From positions 96,744-160,743 of the forward strand of contig SCSM01000039.1 in the NCBI GenBank assembly GCA_004322215.1: a stretch of DNA of 64,000 nucleotides, written 5' to 3'. This stretch comes from Bacteroidota bacterium. GTDB taxonomy: Bacteria > Bacteroidota > Ignavibacteria > Kapaibacteriales > UBA2268. The notes beneath the pieces were generated by a model. That model saw only the letters and a program-made list of their open reading frames with translations, had not been told where the DNA came from and searched no databases. Both the position numbers and the translations under genes were made by a program. Numbering within the stretch: position 1 is the stretch's first letter; each line of letters opens with the position of its first letter. Below are positions 28,012-38,209 of this stretch, piece after piece.

Positions 28012-30633
28012 TCAATAAATTAATAACTTACCTTTAACGATACTATCGATTTGAATAATTGTATAAAAATAAATACCTCTTTCTAAATTATAACAATCAA
28101 TAATTGTCTTATAATCAGTTAAGATTCTTCTAAGAGTAATTCTCCCGGTAATATCGGCAATTATTAATTCCGTATTATTATTAAGATTTTCAATATTTAT
28201 AAATAATTTGTTATTACTTTCATTATAAATAATAAAATTATTTTCATTATCAGATACAACAGAACCATAATTTTGAGTTCTGAATTTCCACGTCACCGAC
28301 CAGGAACTTGTGTCAAATTGGTTAGAAGCTGCCACATGCCAATAATAAACTGTACTATAATTTAAATCAGAGTAATACATATTGGTTGAATTTATACCAA
28401 TTTGTGATATTTTTTTTACAATAAAATTTGAATCAATTGACAGTTCAATTTTATAAGACATTGCATTTTTAACCTGATACCAATAAAGAAAACCAAATAA
28501 AGGTATGTCTGTTGTATCGTTAGCAGGTGATTGTAAAATCGGTATATTCAGGACTTGATTTATTTCAGTCATGAATATATTTATATTAGACCAGGAACCT
28601 TCATTATTGGAATTTAATGGCTTAACACGCCAGTAATAATATTTGTTGAAATCCAGGGGAGTTAGAGGGCTGAATCTTGTGATAGTTACATCTGATTTAT
28701 TTACAACTATAGAATCGAAATCGGGGTCTAAGGATATATTAATTATGTATTTATCTGCTCCTGGTACTGAATTCCATTCAAATATTCCCTTAACTTGAAA
28801 TTCTGTTTCACGATTGGCTGGTTTAATCAATTCAGGTGTTTTCAACAAAGTAGTAAAAGACCATGGATTTGACCAATTTGTTTCATTACCGTTAGTAACA
28901 GATTTGAGTCTCCAATAATATATTTTATTATTTTCAAGTCCGGTTAATGCTAATGTTGTGTCTGCTGTCAATCCTGTGTCAACAAGGTTTACATTAAAAT
29001 TGATGTCAGTTGAAACCTGGAGTTTGTATGAATCGGCTCCGTTAAATTTATGCCATAATAAATATAAAATTATCGGATTCTTAGTTGAACTGTCTGCCGG
29101 AGATATTAACAATGATGTCTGAGAATCAAGTGGTACTCCTAAAATGAATTCTCCGAATGAAATTATATTAGCTTCGAGTGTCGACTGAGATTGATTATAC
29201 GTTGTCTCCAAAAGTGAAAATTTACCGCTGCCTTCCTGTTTACGCCAATAAATTTTATAATTCTTAAGTGAATCAGTACTGACAATTTCTGATAATTTGA
29301 ATATAATCTTAGCTGTTAATTGGCTTATACCTTTATTGTTTAATACCCATCTGTGTCCGTAAGTTTTTACAGGTGCTAATCCATCATAAGCTATGTTGTG
29401 TGGAACATAATCATGCCTTTCGACTGACACATAACCGGAATCCGTCAAACCATAAATGTCTAATAATACACCTGTTTTGTTACTTGTGTCTGAAAAGTTG
29501 TAAATTCCGGCATTCTGCACCATTATTAGTTTCGAAGCCATAATTATCGGATACCTCATTACCTGATAAGATGAAAAATTCTTTGCCTCCATTGCTTTCG
29601 AGCCGTCAGGCATAACTTCGGTAAAAGTAATCTGTTGAGTATTTGCTCCCCAACCAATAATTGTATTTCCGTTTGGAAGTCTTTGTACACTACCCTGAGT
29701 GATAGAATAAATATCCGGAGAACATCTGTATTCCCAAACTTTTTTTACAGTCTTGTTTACCTCATCGATTTCATATTCAACAGCACGTGAATATTGAATT
29801 GGTTTCAGATTTCCATTATCGAACAGAAGGAGGTTCCCGTTAGGGAGCAGGTGTATTGAGTGCTGGTGCGAAAATCCCCAGAAACCATCAATTGTATCAT
29901 TTAAAAAGGTGAACTGATTGTTCTTACATTCTTTACCGCCAAGACGCCAGATAATCGCACCTGTCTGCCTGTTAATTTTTGTTATTTCATCCAAATCACG
30001 GCTCGAAATGAGGACATTTCCATCATAATCAATTTCAATACTATTAGTATGGACCCATGACACATTTTGCTGAGTTAAGTCAACACTTGAAGTAGCATCG
30101 GTAACCTTATAGTGGTCTAAAGTATTCCATTCCCAAATGACATTTTTATTTTCATCCTGCTCCTGAATAACAGAAGACCTTAGTACAGCATTGGGTTTTC
30201 CCCCAGGAACAATTTCACTCAAATCGACAGTATCATACACATTACCCAGAAAAAATGCATTGCCGTCATTTGTTAGCTTAAAGTCGTGGGGATCAATCAT
30301 TAAAGAGTTTTTTATGACGAAACTATCGATAAGATTAAGACCATTATCAATCGCATAAAATTTTAAATTTGTATAGAATGTTAATAAATCATTCTTCTGA
30401 ATGTAAAGAACATCCCCTTTTTGGAAATTTTTCAATTTATCATTAATAACCGCAAATCCCGAATTATCAGTTATTGATAAATATCCATCCTCGAAGGTAT
30501 CCATTAAGAGATAACCTGGTGCAGGATTGTCGAGTGTTAATACTGTAATTTTATTTTGGGATAAAATTGAATAATTATTAATTATTAATAATAAAATTAT
30601 AAATAAATTAATATTTAAAAGATATTTTTGCAT
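28012..30633 (-). CDS. Secreted ASST-like beta-propeller protein with 3 Fn3-like repeats and T9SS C-terminal domain (paralog 2)
   Basis: Same architecture as paralog 1, with similar but clearly non-identical sequence (NPAPGYLLMD, FWGFSHQHSIHLLPNGNLLLFDNGN). Confidence 0.5.
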   Translation of the reverse strand: MQKYLLNINLFIILLLIINNYSILSQNKITVLTLDNPAPGYLLMDTFEDGYLSITDNSGFAVINDKLKNFQKGDVLYIQKNDLLTFYTNLKFYAIDNGLNLIDSFVIKNSLMIDPHDFKLTNDGNAFFLGNVYDTVDLSEIVPGGKPNAVLRSSVIQEQDENKNVIWEWNTLDHYKVTDATSSVDLTQQNVSWVHTNSIEIDYDGNVLISSRDLDEITKINRQTGAIIWRLGGKECKNNQFTFLNDTIDGFWGFSHQHSIHLLPNGNLLLFDNGNLKPIQYSRAVEYEIDEVNKTVKKVWEYRCSPDIYSITQGSVQRLPNGNTIIGWGANTQQITFTEVMPDGSKAMEAKNFSSYQVMRYPIIMASKLIMVQNAGIYNFSDTSNKTGVLLDIYGLTDSGYVSVERHDYVPHNIAYDGLAPVKTYGHRWVLNNKGISQLTAKIIFKLSEIVSTDSLKNYKIYWRKQEGSGKFSLLETTYNQSQSTLEANIISFGEFILGVPLDSQTSLLISPADSSTKNPIILYLLWHKFNGADSYKLQVSTDINFNVNLVDTGLTADTTLALTGLENNKIYYWRLKSVTNGNETNWSNPWSFTTLLKTPELIKPANRETEFQVKGIFEWNSVPGADKYIINISLDPDFDSIVVNKSDVTITRFSPLTPLDFNKYYYWRVKPLNSNNEGSWSNINIFMTEINQVLNIPILQSPANDTTDIPLFGFLYWYQVKNAMSYKIELSIDSNFIVKKISQIGINSTNMYYSDLNYSTVYYWHVAASNQFDTSSWSVTWKFRTQNYGSVVSDNENNFIIYNESNNKLFINIENLNNNTELIIADITGRITLRRILTDYKTIIDCYNLERGIYFYTIIQIDSIVKGKLLIY

Positions 30634-30776
30634 ATTAATGATTAGTATAAAAAATTTCTAATTTATATTTGATTAGCAAATGAATTCAATATAAAAAAAG
30701 ATTATATATATTTAAATTGATAATCATATATAATAAAATATTTAAAAATTAACTGCTTCATTTATATAGCTATTTA

Positions 30777-32840
30777 TCATCGTAAAATATAAATTTTCCC
30801 ACATACTGTACAATTTGAATATTGCATCCTATAAAAATAAATACCATTATTCAGATTATTAAATTTTATTTCACAAGTGTTTAAGAACGATATATTTATT
30901 GACGAAGCCATTTGTACCGGGTTACCTAAAATATCAAACAATGTGATATTAATTTGACCGGGATTGTTATTAATTTTTAAAATTAATCTGTCTTCATATT
31001 GAAAGACAGAAATATCAGATTGAATTATTTTATCATCAATTGTCGTTAATGGTATTGTGGTAAACATCATTGTTTCAGACCAGGAACTATGTCTCTCATC
31101 ATAAAATGCCATCACACGCCAATAATAAATTCGATTGTAATTCAAAATGACATCGAGATGATTATTGGTAATATTAGATGAATCAATTACTAATTCAGTA
31201 AATTCAGGGTTCAGTGATAGTTGGAGACGAAACTCCGAGGCAAATGAAACCGGCTGCCAAGTAATTTTTGTATTTATACTTACATCCTTTTCATTATTTG
31301 CAGGAGAAATCGTAATAGGTGCCATTATTGAGTCCGTCATTCCGATAATAAACTCACCGGTACTCTTAATTTTTGCTTCCAAGCAATTAAAGTTTGGGTT
31401 GTAAGTTGTCTTTAATTGTTCAAAGTTGCCATCACCTTCTTTTTGCCGGAAAAAGATACTTTCATAATATGATTCACTGGAAGAATAACCATATAGATAA
31501 AATCTGATTAGAGCATCTATATCATTGCCATTATTAGAGGAAAGCACCCATCTGTTATCAAATATCTCTGTAGGGTTTTGTCCTGAAAATATTAAATTAT
31601 GGGGTAAATAATCATGCTTTTCGATTGAAATCAATCTTGCATCTTTTATATTATTAATTTCTAATTTAACATCAGTAATATTAGTATCGGATGAGAAGTC
31701 ATAAATTCCGGGTTTATCGGCAAATAATGTTACAGCATGCATTTTGTATATGTATTTATAAACTGCATAATTCTGATAATCGCTAATTTCCAAAACTTTT
31801 TTCCCATCAGGAGTTACTTCTGTCGCCGTCAGATTGTCAGAATTCAAACCCCATCCAATCAGAGTATTCCCGTTAGGAAGCCGCTGAACATTACCCATAG
31901 AATAAGAATTAAAATCAGGGGATAAAGAATATTCCCACACCTTTTCTATTGTTTTATTTAACTCATCAATTTTGTACTCAACTGCTCTTGTGTAGGGTTT
32001 TGGTTTTAAATCTCCATTATCGAGCATGAGCAGATTCCCGTTTTGTAATCTTAGCACTGAGTGTTGATGCGAAAATCCATAAAATCCGTTTATTGTATCA
32101 TTAAGAAATCGAAATTGATTATTCTTACAAGTTGCACCGCCGAGACGCCAAATAATATTACCGGACTGCCTGTCTATTTTTGTAACTTCATCGAGAGCCC
32201 TGCTTGAAGCAATTATATTGCCATCCGTATCATAAAAAATGGAATTCATGTGACAGGATATAAAAGAATTTTGGTTAGTATCAATTCCCGGGACCATATC
32301 AGACAGTTTGAAATGGTCGAAAGAATTCCAATTAAATATTAAATTTTTATTTTTGTCAAATTCCTGAATGACATTGCCGATTACCTGTATATCTTTGTGT
32401 CCGCCCGGAATAATATTGCTTAAATCCATGAACCTGACTTCACGTCCTAAAATTGCCGTGTTACCGTTTGGTAGAAATTTTATATCATGGAAATCAACTT
32501 CATAATTACCAACACAATTAAAACTATCAATTAATTCATAACTATCATTCATAAGATAATACTTGTCTCTCGAGAAAAAACTAATCATTCCATTGGGTTG
32601 AACTTTAGGATTCAGAAATTCATCGAATTGTCTCAAAGTTTTTTCAAAAACCGGTTTACAGGTGTTATCAACTATATAAAACTTTTGGGAGTAATGAGGA
32701 GTTAAGAAAATATAACCGGGTGATGGATTATTATATAAATCTAACTTATACGGAGGCGTTGTTTGAGCAAATAAATGACAAACCAATATTAAAAACACAA
32801 ATACATGAGAAAAAACTGTCTTCATTTCAAAAAACCTCAA
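30777..32840 (-). CDS. Secreted ASST-like beta-propeller protein with 1 Fn3-like repeat and T9SS C-terminal domain (paralog 3)
   Basis: NNPSPGYIFL, FYGFSHQHSVLRLQNGNLLMLDNGD and LPNGNTLIGWG motifs. The start is probably the internal MKTVFSHVFVFLIL signal peptide. Confidence 0.5.
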   Translation of the reverse strand: MRFFEMKTVFSHVFVFLILVCHLFAQTTPPYKLDLYNNPSPGYIFLTPHYSQKFYIVDNTCKPVFEKTLRQFDEFLNPKVQPNGMISFFSRDKYYLMNDSYELIDSFNCVGNYEVDFHDIKFLPNGNTAILGREVRFMDLSNIIPGGHKDIQVIGNVIQEFDKNKNLIFNWNSFDHFKLSDMVPGIDTNQNSFISCHMNSIFYDTDGNIIASSRALDEVTKIDRQSGNIIWRLGGATCKNNQFRFLNDTINGFYGFSHQHSVLRLQNGNLLMLDNGDLKPKPYTRAVEYKIDELNKTIEKVWEYSLSPDFNSYSMGNVQRLPNGNTLIGWGLNSDNLTATEVTPDGKKVLEISDYQNYAVYKYIYKMHAVTLFADKPGIYDFSSDTNITDVKLEINNIKDARLISIEKHDYLPHNLIFSGQNPTEIFDNRWVLSSNNGNDIDALIRFYLYGYSSSESYYESIFFRQKEGDGNFEQLKTTYNPNFNCLEAKIKSTGEFIIGMTDSIMAPITISPANNEKDVSINTKITWQPVSFASEFRLQLSLNPEFTELVIDSSNITNNHLDVILNYNRIYYWRVMAFYDERHSSWSETMMFTTIPLTTIDDKIIQSDISVFQYEDRLILKINNNPGQINITLFDILGNPVQMASSINISFLNTCEIKFNNLNNGIYFYRMQYSNCTVCGKIYILR

Positions 32841-32960
32841 GCAAAATAATTATGCTTCAATGTAAATATATAATACCTACGTAATCGTTTTTTATATTAT
32901 TACTTCTTACTTATAGTAATAACTGTTTTTTTTCAATTTTGTTACAGAGATTTTTTTCAA

Positions 32961-33497
32961 TTAAATTATTTCATTGTTTTTTAAATAACTTAATACTACC
33001 CTAACGCAATCATCGGGTGACTTATTTTCTGTATTAATCATAATGTCGGGATTCTCCGGCTTTTCATAAATTGAATCGATTCCGGTAAAATCAATAATCT
33101 CTCTGATTCTTGCTTTTTGATAAAATCCTTTCGGGTCTCTTTTTTCGCATACATCAAACGGAGTGTTTACGAAAACTTCAACGAAATGAAAATCAGACAA
33201 TATGCTCCTCGCCGACTGCCTATCCTGTATGAATGGTGAAATTAATGCACAAATGGCATTAACACCTGACAATGCCACAAGTTTTGCCATTTCTGCTGTC
33301 CTGCGAATGTTTTCTTTCCTGTCTTCATCGCTGAAACCCAAATCTTTACTTATTCCTTTACGCATGGTATCACCATCGAATAAAACCGAGGAAACCCCCC
33401 TGGTTAGTAATGCTCTTTTCAAATGCTCGGAAACGGTGGTTTTCCCACTTGCCGAAAGCCCTGTGAACCAAATAACAAATGGTTTTTTATTTTCCAT
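32961..33497 (-). CDS. cysC: Adenylyl-sulfate (APS) kinase
   Basis: 178 aa. P-loop (FTGLSASGKTT). APS-kinase core (DGDTMRKG ... RRTAEMAKL ... ALISPF). Makes PAPS from APS. Confidence 0.85.
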   Translation of the reverse strand: MENKKPFVIWFTGLSASGKTTVSEHLKRALLTRGVSSVLFDGDTMRKGISKDLGFSDEDRKENIRRTAEMAKLVALSGVNAICALISPFIQDRQSARSILSDFHFVEVFVNTPFDVCEKRDPKGFYQKARIREIIDFTGIDSIYEKPENPDIMINTENKSPDDCVRVVLSYLKNNEII

Positions 33498-33500
33498 ATC

Positions 33501-34583
33501 TTAATTTAAAAAAGTGTTATATATATTAGAGTAATCGTTTCTTATTCTTTCTTCAGTCAATCCAAATTGTTCAAGTGAATATTTATGACCGCTTTTGTGA
33601 CTTCTTTGCTTTTCGGCAGTAGAATTTATTTTGTTTAAAAGTTCGGCTGATTCATAAACATTTATAAAATTCAATATTTCATGCATCTCTATTTCGAATT
33701 CATTCATCATCCTGTCGTATCTGACTATTTTAATTTTTTCTTTAGGAAATTTCCCATTAACATAATCATCATGGAAACGAGTACTTAATTCCAGCAATGC
33801 AGAGTAAAGCCGTTCTATATAAAAATCCCTTTTGTTTTTCGGAAGTTTCCAGAATCCGAATCTTCCGTCGAGAACACCAGTTACGAGACTCAAGCCGGAA
33901 GGTACTGTTTCCAGTGGGTCTCTTAATGTATATAATATTTTAGCATCGGGAAAATATTCCAGGAACTTCGGTAATCGCACCCCAAGCGAAAATAATTTAC
34001 CGATAATCTGTTCATGATTTTCGCTTATTAAATTCCGTTTCCAAATTTTTTCAAACCATTTAAAGTCACGTTTGGAAGTATCCCTGATATTTGGGTCAAA
34101 ATATGTACTTAAATCTTCTTTTGCCCAGGCAAGAAAAAAACCGTAAACAAAAAAATCGTCAAAGAAATGGAAAAGCAATGAGGGGTCATCAGTTTCGATT
34201 GCCCTCAGATTTGTTTCGTGTGCAGCATGAGAATGGAATCGTGCGGGACTAATCTTTTCCATTAATGTAACAAATGGCTTGAAAATAAATTGAAGTGTCA
34301 ATGAAGGAAACAACATTTTCCATAGCTGCATTCCGACACCAATTTTTTGGTTAACCAGAAATCTCTGTAAAAAAGTTGTGCCGCTGCGGGGATTTCCGAC
34401 AATGAAAACAGGATTATTGATTTTTTTTCCTGACAATGACGGATAAAATAAATTATCGAGAATCATTCCAACGTTTACAATCAGTCTTAGAAAGAGCAAG
34501 CCGCTATAGGTGAATAAAGGTGCAAACGGTTTATGAAATGTTGAAACGATTGAAAAATATGACCTGAACATATTTCTTAACAT
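33501..34583 (-). CDS. PAPS-dependent sulfotransferase family protein (Sulfotransfer_3-like)
   Basis: 5'-phosphosulfate-binding loop (IVGNPRSGTTFL). 3'-phosphate-binding RDP motif (TLRDPLETVPS). 360 aa, with a hydrophobic N-terminal segment. 3-nt gap to cysC. Confidence 0.7.
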   Translation of the reverse strand: MLRNMFRSYFSIVSTFHKPFAPLFTYSGLLFLRLIVNVGMILDNLFYPSLSGKKINNPVFIVGNPRSGTTFLQRFLVNQKIGVGMQLWKMLFPSLTLQFIFKPFVTLMEKISPARFHSHAAHETNLRAIETDDPSLLFHFFDDFFVYGFFLAWAKEDLSTYFDPNIRDTSKRDFKWFEKIWKRNLISENHEQIIGKLFSLGVRLPKFLEYFPDAKILYTLRDPLETVPSGLSLVTGVLDGRFGFWKLPKNKRDFYIERLYSALLELSTRFHDDYVNGKFPKEKIKIVRYDRMMNEFEIEMHEILNFINVYESAELLNKINSTAEKQRSHKSGHKYSLEQFGLTEERIRNDYSNIYNTFLN

Positions 34584-34595
34584 GTGTGCCTCATT

Positions 34596-35564
34596 TCAAA
34601 ACCTAAATAATGTAAAAGCAACGGACAAACCGGCACCTGTTCCGCCTAAAATGCACAAATCACCACGGTTAATTTTACCAGCTTTATGATAGATAGCCAA
34701 TGTCAACGGAATAGAAGCAGCAATGCAATTTCCATATTCTCTAATAATGTTGGCGACCTTTTCCATCCTGAACCCGTATAATTCTGCAGCTTCCACAGCG
34801 TGGCCTGATGCCTGATGCGGTATAAGCCAGTCAATATCTTTTGCTTTCAATTTATTTCTATCAAATAATTCTTTCAATGATTTTTTCACGCTACCTAAAG
34901 CAAACCTGTACACTTTTGAACCTTGCATCGTGAATAAATTATCTTCTGGTTTGGTTAATGTCGGATGGTCAGGTGGATGCTTAGTACCTCCACCACGAAA
35001 TTCTGTCAATTCAGCACCTTTGGGCCATGTGTTCATTTGCCAATCCAACAAAGCACTCGATTCATCCTTCGGAGTCGGTTCAATAACAACAGCAGCTGCG
35101 GCATCGCCGAAAAGTGATGCACTTTCGGGTTCATTCAAATTTCTCCAATGAGTGCCGGTTTCAGAAGATACAATCAAAATACGTTTGAATGTTCCGCCCT
35201 GAATCAATGCAGCAGCAGTATTCAAAGCGACAACAAATGAAAGGCATGTGGAATGGATTGACCATGAAGGAATTCCTTCATATCCTAATGCTCTTTGTAT
35301 GAAAACCGAACTGTCGGGAATTAATTGCAAGGGTGTAGTTGAGGCGTTAATAATGCAATCAGGAGAAGGACCTCCATTTAATGCCTGACTGGCAGCTTTT
35401 GCTGCTATCACATCCATCGGCTCTTCTGCAATTCTTCTTTCAGATATTCCTGTTCTCGATATAATCCATTCTTCACTTTGACCGATTAATTCAGCGAGGT
35501 CCGCAGATGTCTGAATACGTGGGGGAATATAAAACCCCGTAGAAACTATTTTTATGTTATACAT
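34596..35564 (-). CDS. FabH-like beta-ketoacyl synthase III / thiolase-fold condensing enzyme
   Basis: 322 aa. FabH-type N-terminus (VSTGFYIPPRIQTSADLAELIGQSEEWIISRTGI). Cys-His-Asn triad context (IHSTCLSF; IPHQASGHAVE; YGNCIAASIP). 12-nt gap to the sulfotransferase gene. Confidence 0.7.
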   Translation of the reverse strand: MYNIKIVSTGFYIPPRIQTSADLAELIGQSEEWIISRTGISERRIAEEPMDVIAAKAASQALNGGPSPDCIINASTTPLQLIPDSSVFIQRALGYEGIPSWSIHSTCLSFVVALNTAAALIQGGTFKRILIVSSETGTHWRNLNEPESASLFGDAAAAVVIEPTPKDESSALLDWQMNTWPKGAELTEFRGGGTKHPPDHPTLTKPEDNLFTMQGSKVYRFALGSVKKSLKELFDRNKLKAKDIDWLIPHQASGHAVEAAELYGFRMEKVANIIREYGNCIAASIPLTLAIYHKAGKINRGDLCILGGTGAGLSVAFTLFRF

Positions 35565-35626
35565 TCAATTACACTCTTAGTCAATTTTAAATTATTGTCG
35601 TATGATTACATTATTATCACATTCCG

Positions 35627-38167
35627 TCATTTTATTATTACAATTTTTCCTGTCATTGAATTAATTCCGTAATTTATCCGGTAAATGTAATTACCGCTCT
35701 CAAGTGCTGATGCATCCCATTCAATATTATTATTTCCTGCCGTAAGAAATCCCTTGAAAACCACGGATGATTCCCTGCCGAACATATCATAAATTTTAAT
35801 GGTTGTTTCACAATTTCTATCAATTTTGAATTTGAATTTAATTCTATGATTGGCTGGATTTGGATAATTTATCGTTTCAATATTGTTATCTTTATCATCT
35901 GATTCATTGACTCCGGTAGGAGCTAATTTTATAGTAAAGTCAGAATCGCTTTCCGTATAAAATGAACTGTTTTTAAGACTAATTATCTTAATTCTGTAGG
36001 TTGAATCAACTGGTACATTTTTTGGAATTTTCCATGCATAAGCGTTTGTATAGCTGAATAAAGTATCTTCTATAACAGTCTGTTTTATTCCATTTCTGAA
36101 AAGAGTAATTGAAACTGAATCAGGGAGATTGGTTTTCCATCGAATAATGTTGGACACAGTGTCAATAAACCATGTTTCACCCCCGTTGGGTGTTACGAGT
36201 TCAATTAAAGGTTCTTTCAATGAAAAACTGTGAATATCCGACCAATCACTTGCCAATTCATTATAAATTGTTTTTGTTCTCCAATAGTAAGTTTTATTAC
36301 TCTCAAAATTTTCTTTTACTATTGGTGTTTTGATTTCAGAATTATCAATTATATTTTTTGTGAATAGCGAATCATCTGAAACCTGTAATTGAGATTTATC
36401 ATATCTGCCGGTTGGACTCCAGATAAGTTTAACAGGTTCGCTATCGATTAAAACCTGTTTGTCAATTGGTGACAAAAGAGACGGGGGTAAAATTTCATTC
36501 CCGTTTCTTTTGAAACCGATTACAAATTCACCATGGTCTGATATATTTGCCACAACCTGGTCTGTATTCTCATCGAAGTGTGATGATAGTTCGGTGAAAG
36601 TACCGGATGCTTCAGTTTGTCTATAATATATCTTCAGGTTGTCAGGGTTAAACCGTGGTGGTAGTTCTTTAAAATCAAATCTAATTTCTCCATCGAATGA
36701 TAAAATTTCCTGGATATCAATTACAAATCTGCATGGCATTAAAACCGGAGCTTCACCAAAGAAGTTTACATTAATCGGAGGACAGTCAAACTTTTTCACA
36801 TTAACAGTATTGTATAAAAATCCATTTAACTTATTAAAGTAGATTTCGACCCCTGTCTTTTCGTTGTTATTATCAAATTTATAAGTATTTAATTCCACAA
36901 CTTCAATTTTATCAACATTAGCAACAGCAAGGCATAAAGGGAACTCATATTTTGAAGCTCTGTAACTAAAAGCATCAGATGGCAGAGATAATTCATAAGC
37001 AATTTTATTATCGGGTGTAACTTCAGTAATCGTTCTGTGAAAACCACTAAAAATCAAACCCCAGTTAATTAAAGTATTGCCATTAGAAAGTCTTTGTGCC
37101 GAACCCATAGCATATCCTGATATATCAGGTGTATGCCTGAATTCCCAAACTAATGAAGCGGTCTTATTAGTTTCATCGAGTGAATATTCAACTGCTCTTG
37201 AATACCATGGGATTTTATATGGACCATTATCATAAAACAGGAGATTTCCATTGTCGAGCCGTTTTACATCATGCTGCATGGAAAAATAATCCGGTGCATT
37301 TTCTTCATGTTCACCTGAAATATTAAAATCATTTTTTAGACCGCCCAATCTCCATAAAATTTTTCCTGAGACCATGTCAATTTTAATTATCTCGGCAGTA
37401 GCCACAAGACTTACAATCAGGTTACCATCGGTATCAAGGTAAAGAGAACTAACATGAGCATGTTCAAATGAAGCATTCTTCAGATTATCCCTCGAATCAG
37501 TTATCGGATAATGGTCTAAACTTCTCCATTGGAAAACACAATTTTTATTATTGTCCAATTCCTGGATTACAGTACCTATCACTTTTGCATTAGGATTACC
37601 ACCTTCAATTACTCTGCTCATATCAATATAATTATTATCATAACTTATCAATAAGTAATGACCATTTGGTAACATTTGAAACTCATGAAAATCTGCAAGG
37701 TATCCGTTTTGCATCTGAACAGAATCAATAATAGTGAATGAAGAATCCAAAATATAATTGATTACATTAAAATTTTGAATCATTAATGGTCCTGACTGGG
37801 TACCTGTTCCTATGAAGGAAGGGCTTGCATAAGAGAATAATCCGTTAGGTTCCGGCTTGAAATCAATACCTGCAATTTGTGGCTTGTTATAATAATATGG
37901 ACTACCTGTGCTATCGAGGACTAAAATATAAAAAATTGATTTTGTAACACCGAGGTTTTCCATGAAAATAAGCCCACGTGCCGGATTGTCTGATGTATTT
38001 ACTGTGATTGAAGGGAAGTCTGCTGGTAGTGTATCAGTTGTTGCGGTTAATAAAGATGGTTCTGTCAATCCGTATTTATCAAAATTGTACACTTCTGATT
38101 TTGCATGGAATACTTGTGTACTTAACAGAATTGCAGATAACATCACACACCTGATACTCGTCATCAT
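35627..38167 (-). CDS. Secreted ASST-like beta-propeller protein with 2 Fn3-like repeats and T9SS C-terminal domain (paralog 4, divergent)
   Basis: DNPARGLIFM, SMQHDVKRLDNGNLLFYDNG and LSNGNTLINWG motifs. Fn3-like repeats (YYWRTKTIYN...WS). C-terminal domain (NYPNPANHRIKFKF...KIVIIK). Confidence 0.45.
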   Translation of the reverse strand: MMTSIRCVMLSAILLSTQVFHAKSEVYNFDKYGLTEPSLLTATTDTLPADFPSITVNTSDNPARGLIFMENLGVTKSIFYILVLDSTGSPYYYNKPQIAGIDFKPEPNGLFSYASPSFIGTGTQSGPLMIQNFNVINYILDSSFTIIDSVQMQNGYLADFHEFQMLPNGHYLLISYDNNYIDMSRVIEGGNPNAKVIGTVIQELDNNKNCVFQWRSLDHYPITDSRDNLKNASFEHAHVSSLYLDTDGNLIVSLVATAEIIKIDMVSGKILWRLGGLKNDFNISGEHEENAPDYFSMQHDVKRLDNGNLLFYDNGPYKIPWYSRAVEYSLDETNKTASLVWEFRHTPDISGYAMGSAQRLSNGNTLINWGLIFSGFHRTITEVTPDNKIAYELSLPSDAFSYRASKYEFPLCLAVANVDKIEVVELNTYKFDNNNEKTGVEIYFNKLNGFLYNTVNVKKFDCPPINVNFFGEAPVLMPCRFVIDIQEILSFDGEIRFDFKELPPRFNPDNLKIYYRQTEASGTFTELSSHFDENTDQVVANISDHGEFVIGFKRNGNEILPPSLLSPIDKQVLIDSEPVKLIWSPTGRYDKSQLQVSDDSLFTKNIIDNSEIKTPIVKENFESNKTYYWRTKTIYNELASDWSDIHSFSLKEPLIELVTPNGGETWFIDTVSNIIRWKTNLPDSVSITLFRNGIKQTVIEDTLFSYTNAYAWKIPKNVPVDSTYRIKIISLKNSSFYTESDSDFTIKLAPTGVNESDDKDNNIETINYPNPANHRIKFKFKIDRNCETTIKIYDMFGRESSVVFKGFLTAGNNNIEWDASALESGNYIYRINYGINSMTGKIVIIK

Positions 38168-38209
38168 TTCTTACTCCTCAAAGCTATAAATCTATTTCCA
38201 TTTTTAAAA

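Noticed and set aside
25335-30633. Possibility that ASST-like paralogs 1 and 2 are an assembly duplication
   Set aside because: They differ throughout at the protein level (for example the N-terminal regions and the CTD), so they are genuine paralogs rather than collapsed or duplicated repeats.
32898-32925. AT-only hairpin TTATTACT-N9-AGTAATAA downstream of cysC
   Set aside because: An 8-bp AT-only stem without a following T-tract is too weak to call a terminator, and the cluster likely continues into ASST-like paralog 3.
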